DNA from: the human T2T-CHM13v2.0 reference genome, Homo sapiens
Length of the DNA stretch: 64,000 nt
NCBI RefSeq assembly: GCF_009914755.1
Contig: NC_060942.1
Strand: one strand, 5' to 3'
Positions 54,170 through 64,000 of the stretch are shown one piece after another. The translations under genes were made by a program, and so were the position numbers. Every line of letters starts with the position of its first letter. Positions within the stretch are counted from its first letter, which is position 1. A model generated the notes under the pieces. It did not search any database and had not been told where the DNA came from. It saw only the letters and a program-made list of their open reading frames with translations.

Positions 54170-55330
54170 CAGATGTAAAGCGGCTGTTATGACAGTAATT
54201 AAGGTTTTATGTTACTACTGCTACTGATGTGCACTTGACTTGGCAGAGACCGGCACTGAAATGCTGTTAGAACATTATTCTCTGCAGGGAAAGTAGCCAT
54301 TTGGTGACAAAATGATTACATGGGGCTTCTCCTATTATGGAGAGGTAAAAAATTACATCCCTGGGTAAGACATGTACCCTGGATATGGATTATCTTTTCT
54401 GTAAGTAATGCCCATGCCATCATCTCTAAACTTAGGAGTTTTTTTATTTACCTTAATTGTATTCCACATAGCATTGCTTCTGGAGAAAAAACTCATCTCA
54501 TAGAAAAAGAAGAATTAGAATGGATATCACTGGTTTTACCATATACCTCATAACAGAGAAAGAATTAGACCCATAAAAATGGAGTAATGGTCAACTAAAG
54601 ACTGAGTTACAGTGCCAGTTGTAGGGGGAAATATGACGTTACATCTTAAAAGGTAAATATATGTTTTGAATTAGTAAGCAAGTTATGGTATATTCTTCCC
54701 CAAATCAAAATACACACGTCTGACGACCAAGAAGTAAATGTGGAGCTAGATCATCTCGGTATTGTACAGCATAATCCACCCAAATACCTTTTTTTCTTCC
54801 ACTTTCTCTAACTTCGAATTCTATTGATTCAGAGATCTTGGTTGCCAAAGAAGAAATGTTTTCACCCACGTAACAATGATTTTATCGAATTGAAAGTAAG
54901 ACTTTCTGCTGGCTATTTTAGTTTCCTCATGTCAAACAAACGAACAAGCAAAGAAAGGAGTTAGTCTACTAGATGGGGTGATTAATACCAATTACTAAGT
55001 AGAAATTAATGGGGAGAGGAAAGAGTAGGTCTGTTATGAAACTGAATCCAAAACTACCACAACAAATAGCTGAAGGCAGAAACCTTTCAGGAATGAAGAT
55101 TTGGGTCACTCTACCGGTAATGTCTTGGCGTAAAGCAAAGAAAATGTGGAAGCGTAGTGGGAATAAACAAGTTAAAAATACCCATTACAGTCTCATCGTA
55201 AGTTACAGAAATGAATGCTACAGCAGCAATGCTTATTCTCCCTACATCATCATGTATGTGTGGGTCAACCATTTCCTTCTCTCTCTTCCTTCCTGTTATT
55301 GTCTTATACTAATCTTGTTGAATGTGACCT
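54170..55330 (+). mobile_element. ERVL internal remnant (integrase region)
   Basis: ORF 54320-54553 contains IPHSIASGEKTHL (ERVL GIPHSIASDQGTHF). Upstream TGGTGACAAAATGATTACATGGGG resembles WQVDYIG. Confidence 0.8.
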
Positions 55331-55498
55331 AAAACAATTTGGCTTTTTTTAATGAACAGAATATTAAGCTGGGACTGTGAGTGAATTTTAAGGTAATAAA
55401 GATAACTCAGAAAAAATAGTGCAACTCTGTTTCAGAGATGTATGAAATGATGATAGTTATTTGCATCTACTCATTTCAATAAGAGAAAGAGAACATCT

Positions 55499-55598
55499 TA
55501 ATTTGCACAAAAGTTTATTTTACATTGTTGGATGCAAACACAGAAATGTAATTTGCACAAAAGTTTATTTTATATTGTTGGATGCAAACACAGAAATG
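55499..55598. repeat. 50-bp tandem duplication
   Basis: TAATTTGCACAAAAGTTTATTTTA(C/T)ATTGTTGGATGCAAACACAGAAATG x2, one mismatch. Confidence 0.97.
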
Positions 55599-56198
55599 TT
55601 TTTCTTGTCTTAGATATGAGATCTTTAGATACAGGGTTCACATGTGTGTAGAAGGGTGTGGGGATGCTTAACAGCTACAAGCACACCATGCCACTTAGGG
55701 AGTTATTGTATGTGCTTCAGACCAGCTTTTCTAAGACATTTTATTATTTTTATGCTATTTTGCGATTGCTATTCTCTTTAACTATTACTATGCTGCTTCA
55801 TTATTTTTTTAATGATATTAAGACCAAAGTGTCACTGGATCAGGCCAAGGACAGGGTGAAAGATTATTAGCAGCAAGGTCACTGGGATACTATGGGGCCA
55901 GATCCTCTAAGGTCGTATTTATAAGTTTTGCAAATCTGCTATAAAACATCTGTATTTTATTAAAGGTGAGAATAATGTTAATGATGACATGCGCTTCTAT
56001 TATGGAGGGTAAAATATTACACCCCTGGAAAAGACACGCATCGTGGATACAGATTATGTTTTCTGAAAGTAGTGCCCACACCATCATCTCTAAACTTAAG
56101 ATATTTTGGTCTACTATAGTGTTATTCCACATAGCAATTTTTAAAATTATATTTAAGTATAATTTTTTGAATATCTGCACTAGAAAGTAGAATGTCTG

Positions 56199-56525
56199 AG
56201 AATGATGATTCATCTTTCTCAGCAAACTATCGCAAGGACAAAAAACCAAACACTGCATGTTCTCACTCTTAGGTGGGAATTGAACAACGAGAACACATGG
56301 ACACAGGAAGGGGAACATCACACTCCGGGGACTCTTGTGGGGTGGGGGGAGGGGGGAGGGATAGCATTAGGAGATATACCTAATGCTAAATGACAAGTTA
56401 ATGGGTGCAGCACACCAGCATGGCACATGTATACCTATGTAACAAACCTGCACGTTGTGCACATGTACCCTAAAACTTAAAGTATAATAATAATAAAATA
56501 AAATAAAATTCAGACCACAAAAAAA
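56199..56525 (+). mobile_element. Young 5'-truncated L1PA (L1PA3/4-like) 3' end
   Basis: GGAGATATACCTAATGCTAAATGAC..GCACACCAGCATGG..CCCTAAAACTTAAAGTATAAT. 17-bp TSD AGAAAGTAGAAT(G/T)TCTG at 56182-198 and 56526-542. Confidence 0.96.
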
Positions 56526-57339
56526 AGAAAGTAGAATTTCTGTTGCAATGAATGTTGTAAAATGTAAACTTTTATAAATATAGAGAAATAAAAAGTGTGA
56601 AGTCTCTTTAAAATCTTAGTAGAATGGTGCTTTCTGATAGCTTTGCTGTCCCATAGTAAAAGGATTAATCAGACTGAAAACAAAATTTATCCTAAAAGCC
56701 AGAGAAAGAACGGTCCTGTTAGGCCACCTTCAAAAGCATGGAATCTAATTCCACCGCTTACTAGCTAAGTCAGCACAAAAGTTCAAATTGCCCAATCAGA
56801 CTCACACATACAAGAGATGTTACCCACTATTAAGCTTTTCTAATACATTCAAAGATACAAATAATCAAGACACATGCATGAAATGAAGCGTTCTGGGACA
56901 TCAATGTATTTATCCTGGTCACTTGTTTTCTCACATTTGACAAGAATCTTTAGCCCAGATTAGGAGACGAGACCTTTAAGAGAGATGTTACCTCTTGCAC
57001 CAGGACACATTTCACATTTGGGATATCAAGCACATTTGTTATACACAGATTGGTGTTTAAGCGATGTGACATTTTCCAGGGAACCATGCCTCATGAATCT
57101 ATAATTTATAGTTTTGTTTATCATGATCAAACCTACACTGGAGACATCTTTATAAAGGATTACCCAACTAGAGGCTTGATAGAAGCATGACCAAACCATG
57201 GGCTTTCCTTCCGATTTTCAAGGACATTTCACTACCAGTGGATTCACAAAAAAATTAGATTGAGTTAACTGATGTCTTTCCTTCCCCAGGAAGCACTCCA
57301 AGCCCTGGTAATCGGGAGAGAAAGGGATCCCAAGCCAAC

Positions 57340-57545
57340 TACTTTAACTTTTTTTTGCCTCACTAGCTATGCAAGTGTGGGCAATTTACTTAGCCTAGAT
57401 ATCTATCTGTTTTCTTGTCTTTCACATGGAAATAAAGGGACTCCATGCATAGATTTTTATTATTAGGTGGAATGCAACATGCAACTTGCTGAGCACAATG
57501 CTTGGCACATAGTAAGTACTCAAAGAATATTAGTTATCACTGATA
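57340..57545 (+). mobile_element. MIR
   Basis: ACTAGCTATG..TGGGCAATTTACTTA..GCACAATGCTTGGCACATAGTAAGTACTCAA. Confidence 0.8.
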
Positions 57546-58214
57546 GTATTGTTTTTTATTGGTTTTCTGTATGAAAGGAGATATTCCCCCTTTATCAGAA
57601 AAAAAATCAAATAAGGGAAGAAAAGTCAGAGACATAGTGAGTCAACGATAATGTTGAATACATAAGGCACTTTATATACATTTGCTTTACTGTTCTAGCA
57701 GGAAATAACAATATGTCACACTCAGCTACTCAGGTATCCCAAAACATTTCCATTTGAGTAACAGAAGCTTGAAGATTCATACACTAATACAACATCTCTG
57801 AATAATATGTTTTTAAGTTCGTTGCTGAGAAAATCCAGAAATATAGCTCAGTATCTGGTAACATTAGGGGCTACTGAAATTAAATAAATAAATAAAAATA
57901 AATTTGCATCTTCTTTTGAGACTTCTGTCTTGGGAAACAATAAATGAAATGAGGGACTCATTTCAAAGGTGAGACTTTTAATGAAGCAGTATGCTTTTTT
58001 TCCTTCCACTTTGTACTAACTACCCTCCTATTGGGACAATTTAGTGAGTCACTATGTTGGCTAGAGAGGCAATTAGTAAATTCAGCCTTTATTTTAAGTT
58101 ACCCTAGTAGTGAATTTAAGAGAAAGATCTAATAATTACCTTAAAAAACTTAAAAGAAAGTTGAAGTGAAATGTTAACCACACTTAGTCATATCAGCCCA
58201 TTTTTCCATGAGTG

Positions 58215-58400
58215 GATCATTCATTCTCTCAGGGAAAAAAAATATATAGATAGATAGATATATAGATATATCTGTTGAGTGCACATCAGCTATCAGAGAC
58301 TGTTGGACTGTTGATTGGGCTGCTGGGGATGCTTTACCATGAATCAGACAGTCTCAGGCTTCATGGAGCTTGCATTTTAGTGAATGAGAGGAAAAGATTA
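58215..58400 (-). mobile_element. L2 3' end fragment
   Basis: TCATTCATTC..TGTTGAGTGC..GCTGGGGAT..TCATGGAGCTTGCATTTTAGTG. Confidence 0.65.
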
Positions 58401-60044
58401 GAAGTGAGGGTGTGACCTGTTTGTAAGGAGTGATGTATACAGAGTGCAAGGATGGACTAAAGTGGCCTGAAGTATAAGAAGTGACAAATTTTTAATAACC
58501 TACAAGAGAGTTGACACACCCACTGTGTCAAGGATTTATTTTACCTTTATTTATGTTCATTTTGGGTGGAGGGGAGTTGTTTTGGGTTGTTTTGTTAATA
58601 TACTGTCTATCTTCCAAGATACATAGGACAAAGCTTCATATATAGCACTGCATCATCAATGTTTGTTGAATGAATTCTTAGAGCATTAAAAATGGGTAAG
58701 AGGAAGGATATAATGGTTATAGTTATAAATCCAAGAATAGATATTAAACACTAGATGGCTGAGGAAAGACATAAAATTGCAGGAAATGGTAGTGAAAGCC
58801 AAGGAGTTGTAAAATATAGAATTCACTATATATTCTAAAGATTCTCTTAGCAATTTCTTATTCTTTGAATGAGAAAAGTACCTCATCGAGCATCACTTTG
58901 TTTATTTGTTTTGTTTTGTTGTATTTATCTTCATGATCACTACACAATTTTGGCAAGTCAGTATGATTTTCAATTTATGGTGTAAAATAAATTTTCCTTT
59001 TAAATGAAAAGTTTTATTTTTCATTTATGGAAATAGATTTTTGATTTTGAAGAACTATATTAATAAATATAAGTACAATACATACTTGTCTGGGGAAAAA
59101 TAATACAGGAAGTACACAAATAACTGAGGTTTGTGAAACCATGTTTTGAAACACTAGCAGTAATAACAGTGTTTGTATTATTTATTCATTTAAACTATAA
59201 ATTGTCATTTTGGTTTGTTTTGTGTTCTCTAGAAGTATTCATCTATTTGGGTGCTGTTGCAAAGAACACAGATATTTGAGTTCACAGTGTTAGAGAGATT
59301 TGCCATCTAAGTACAGAAGGCAAGGGAATTGCGGTTTTCCACAAGGAATACTAACAATCATAAACCATGAAATCTTAAGAGTGATAAACAGAAAAGGAAA
59401 GGGATCCAGGAAATATGTGGATAGGAATAACCTATCCAATTCTTGTCAAGGTTAGCAACTTCACAGAATACCTTAGAAGGCTTTCTGTCTTTTTCTATGC
59501 TTTGCAACTATTTAAATAAGTATAATGTTCTTGAAGATGTGTAAGAATTTAACCTGTTAAACCTATTGATCTGCTGCCCTTTGGAGAATAGAACTTCCCT
59601 TATCTTTTCCCATTTATCTTTATTGTTTTCCTATTGCTCCAATAAGTTGCCTTCTCCTTAATCTGTTTACTGATCTTTACTTTTCCTAGTTAACCATCCT
59701 CTTTCTTCTATAATTTCAATTGATTTTATATAAATTTGTTAAAGTGATCCATAGATTTATTTTTGGTCTTATTTGTTTCTGCAGTTTTGTTGTCTTTTTT
59801 ATTCCTCTGATTTGCTCATGTTTTCACTTGAATTTCCCCCTAGTTAACACCTGCTAAAATCAGTCTTTTCCCAGGACGCTTTGTAATTGCATGCTAAAGT
59901 TTTCTCATATCTGTTATTTTATTTTTATTTCACTTCTATTTTATATTAATTCTTCTTTATTATGTATTTTTTAATTATTTTGTTATTGTTCTTCTAATAC
60001 CTTAATGTGAAAGTGTTTTTCGTTACCTTGAGTTTGTTTTGTGT

Positions 60045-60268
60045 TTTTATTTTTAATTGACACATGATTGTACGTATGTGTGAAATACAGTATGACGTTT
60101 TGGTACGTGTATACACTGTATAAAAATCAAGTCAGGGTGTTTGGTATGTCCATCACCTCACACATTTATAATTTCTTTGTGGTGAGAATATTCAAAATCC
60201 TCCCTTCTAGGTATTTTGAAATATACAATATTGTTAACCACAGTCACTCTACTGTGCAATGGAACACC
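60045..60268 (-). mobile_element. L1MA 3' end fragment
   Basis: TTTTAATTGACAC..TCCATCACCTCACACATTTAT..GTGGTGAGAATATTCAAAATCCTC. Confidence 0.85.
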
Positions 60269-62598
60269 TAATTATGATATTTAGGTTTTTAATTCTGCTC
60301 TAGGCCTCATAGTTATGACATTTAATACTTTCATTCCATTTACTTTTAATAGAAGTTAACTTGATTTTTTAAAATATAACTTGAAATATTTAGAAGATTT
60401 TATTTAACTCCAAGATTTAAAGATTGGAGGGCAGCTTGTACTATTAATTTTTCATAAATGTTATATCATTTTCAAAGAGTAACAGCTGTGTGATTTCTTA
60501 GCTGTGGACTTCATCGTGGGTTTTTTATGTCTTCTAGTAAATGGTCAATTATTTTAAATGTTTTATGAATAATATCTTGTTTCTTGTTTAAAGCTTCCAT
60601 TATTTTAAGTTTACATTAAGTTAAAATGCTGATTTTCAACAATAATTTCGATTTAATAATATATTTTTCCAATTTTTTTTTACATCCTATAACTTCCTCA
60701 TTCTTGGATTTAATTTTCCATGTTAATGGAATACATTCTCTGTTGTTGTTTTTCTCCAGAAATAGTACGTAATGAAAAACAACTTGGCTTTACACATGTG
60801 AATAACTCTTTTTCCCACTTCATAAAATGCTTACTTAGTTGGTCATAGAATGTTAGATTACACATCATTGTCTCTCAGAATTCCACTATTTTTGTCTAGA
60901 ATTCTGTATTACTAAGAGTACCAATGATATTTAGCTAACTCTTATTTTCTAGTAGCAACCTGCATGTTCACTTTGACTTTTTCTTACTTTAACACATATA
61001 TATCTGTAATTTCAATTGAATTTATATAAATTTGTATATACACATATATATATCTAGGTGTCCATCTTTCTTTTGCTCAGGGAATGCATTTCTTTTATGA
61101 TTTCCTCCACTTGATTCTTTCAGAAATCTGTTATGCATGTGGGAAATGTAGATCTCTCACGTCTAAATTTATTCTGCTCTTTTATTAATGATTATCAGCA
61201 AGTATTACCTTTTATTTTTAACAGGTTTATTGTGGTGATAGTATCAGGGGTGTTTGCATATCTACACAATCATCAAACTGTCTTTCATTTTTAGAAATAA
61301 GATGTGTCCTTTTACGCTATATTTCTAAGAGATTCCCTCAGCTCATTCAGTGTAGGTGTGTTTGTTGTGCTTATAAAGCCCATTCTATAGAATATTTTTT
61401 TCAGTGATCACCAATCATGCTTCTAATTTATAAGAATGCAGGGGTTTTTCCACAACACACATTGTTTTCTCCAAGGTCATATTCTCTCACCTGCTTTGAA
61501 AGGTATTTACTATACTTACTTAGAAACTTTCTCCTTTTTCTAAAAATTAACTGTATTTCCACTGGTGTAATTTTAGTTAAAAAATAGATGCCTCTCCTTT
61601 GTGCATTTGGATTCCTCCAAATTCTTATGGTTATTGTCTCTTCTCTATTGATGAGGTTTTGTTTGAAAGGGTCCGTGGACATATAACTGGGCTTCACATG
61701 AAGATTTCCTGTAAAGTCCACAGCAATCTTTACTGAGAGTTGGGGAATGAAGCTTGAGGCTTCCAATCACTTATAAAGCCTGTCAGAAACAGCTCAGTTA
61801 TCAAGCCATTAGTTTTCTAGGGGTGAACAAAACAATTGGTGCCTTGTTTTATTAGCCCTTTCACAAGTAGCTATACTGGCTATTTTTAGGATGATTCTAT
61901 CTATTCCCTACTGGCTCTGATTTTGTGATTATCCCAAGGTGAGCTGCATGTAGGACTGCGAGCTACTTCCTTTCTATTACATGACACCAATCTCATTCTT
62001 TATGCTTTATATGGATCCAAATGTTCTCATTTATAAGTCCACTTCTGGCATTCTCCTGGCTTTCTAGAGCAAATATTTATTCTCGTTTTTATTTCATTTT
62101 ATATTTTAATGGAATTATGGAAATAGAGATTCATAATGATATAAAGCCATGTTGAATGAGAAGCCAAAATGCAAATTTAGAGAATTTTGTTAGATCTCAA
62201 GAAGCTAAAAACATGGCTGATGTAAAGTGTAGTCTTTAAGAGTATTATGAGGTAATTCAGAAACATTTATAACATGCTACCAGTACTCGGGGCTTTGATA
62301 TTGCATGACATTCCATAGTTTTTAAGATCTTGGAAATAAGTAAGTTGTCTTGTAGGTGTTAAATTAGAAAATAAATAAAATGTAAAAGAGAAGAAAAACG
62401 TGGATAAATACAAAATAGTGGCCCACGGAGTCATTTAACTTTCTTACTGACATCAAGGCAAAGTTATCTTCTTTATGAACTTTAAAACCAGTAGACACTG
62501 AGACTAGCAGCACAACCTTTACAAACATGGGGACCAGTGAAAGGCATTATTCTGCATATGTCAAACACAGAGCAGAAATGAGAAAAGTTTGGTTAATG

Positions 62599-63454
62599 AA
62601 ACAACCCCATCAAAAATTGGGTGAAGGATATGAACAGACACTTCTCAAAAGAAGACATTTGTGCGACCAACAAACATATGAAAAAAGCTCATCATCACTT
62701 GTCGTTACAGAAATGCAAATCAAAACCACTCTGAGATACCATCTCATGCCAGTTAGAATGGCGATCATTAAAAAGTGAGGAAACAACAGACGCTGGAGAG
62801 GATGCGGAGAAATACGAAGGCTTTTACACTATTGGTGAGAGTGTAAATTAGTTCAACCATTGTGGAAGACAGTGTGGCAATTCCTCAAGGATCTAAACCA
62901 GAAATACCATTTGACCCAGCCATCCCATTACTGGGTATATACCCAAAGGATTATAAATCATTCTACTATAAAGACACATGCACACGTATGTTTATTGCAG
63001 CACTATTCACAATAGCAAAGACTTGGAACCAACCCAAATGCTCATCAATGATAGATGGATTTTCTTTATCCATAAAGAAAATGTGGCATGTATACACCAT
63101 GGAATACTATGCAGCCATAAAAAAGACCAAGTTCATATCCTTTGCAGGGACATGGATGAAGCTGGAAACTATCATTCTCAGCAAACTAACACAGGAACAG
63201 AAAACCAAACACCACATATTCTCACTCATAAGTGGGAGTTGAACAATGAGAACACATGGCCACAGGGAGGGGAACATCACACACCTGGGCCTGTCAGGGG
63301 ATGGGGGGCAAGGGGAGGAAGAGCATTAGGAGAAATACCTAATGTAAATGACAGGTTGACGGGAGCAGCAAACCACCATGTCACATGTATACCTGTGTAA
63401 CAAACCTGCATGTTCTGCACATGTATCCCAGAATTTAAGGTATAATTTTAAAAA
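62599..63454 (+). mobile_element. 5'-truncated L1PA6/7-like: ORF2 C-terminus and 3' UTR
   Basis: ORFs give [22 protein letters not shown] and EIPFDPAIPLLGIYPKDYKSFYYKDTCTRMFIAALFTIAKTWNQPKC (L1 ORF2). Frameshifted. Confidence 0.97.
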
Positions 63455-64000
63455 GATTTCAAGTATTTCAGTTGCATTTTCCAAACCCGTGAAAGCATGT
63501 CTCAATGTCTTCATTCCTCAGAAATTATGGTAATAACATTTAAATCTGTTTGAATCTATATGTCAACACAACAGTTTTTACTGTAACTTGTGAAATAGAC
63601 CGATCATAGGGAAAAAGTATTTTTTAAATTGTGAACAGGCTTGGTAAATTAATATGTTGGCATTATTTGTGATCATTATAATTTGAATGTAGGGGGGAGT
63701 CATTTAAAATTCTATAAAGCATTTAGAAAATTACCAGGCACACAGTGATTTTAGGGGTGGGGTGGTAAATGTTAAACATTACCATTAATCTTTTCTTATT
63801 TTGTCAAATTATATTCCTTTTTGATGATTACTGACCATGTTACCCTACAACTTGTCATTTTCTCTAGGATTAAAGAGATAAAAGAAACTTGCAAGAAAAA
63901 TATTACGTAAACCATTTTGTACTTTTTATGTAAATTCTTGGAGCAATTGGGAAAAAACAGCTATGTATTACTGCTCTGTAAATGAAGCTATTTCATTTCA

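Noticed and set aside
58690-59150. Possible hAT/Charlie DNA transposon remnant
   Set aside because: Only a vague terminal resemblance (GTTTGTGAAACCATG). I could not identify paired TIRs or a TSD.
62862-63242. 126-aa ORF as a domesticated gene
   Set aside because: C-terminus of L1 ORF2 in a 5'-truncated, frameshifted L1PA.

Overview
Primate (very probably human) nuclear DNA. It is AT-rich and dominated by interspersed repeats: about 14 Alus, many L1 fragments from ancient L1M to young L1PA, L2, MIR, MaLR/ERV1/ERVL LTRs and internal remnants, and Tigger/MADE1 DNA transposons. I find no intact protein-coding gene, RNA gene or CRISPR-type system, and I cannot identify the locus. The ORFs I can interpret are repeat-derived or chance. 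I do not see a new multi-gene system. The best unexplained signal is a ~45-bp insert in an AluJ at ~47112-47157 that resembles the mitochondrial control region (candidate ancient micro-NUMT, innermost layer of a four-level nest). Other signals: a duplicated POU octamer in an ERV1 LTR, three fold-back (template-switch) scars in L1s, an L1PA with a possible mini 3' transduction, a doubly deleted L1 that keeps both ends, a locally duplicated ERVL integrase fragment, and a few speculative exon or microexon signals. Subfamily names come from recalled consensus sequences, not a database search. Boundaries of old elements are approximate.
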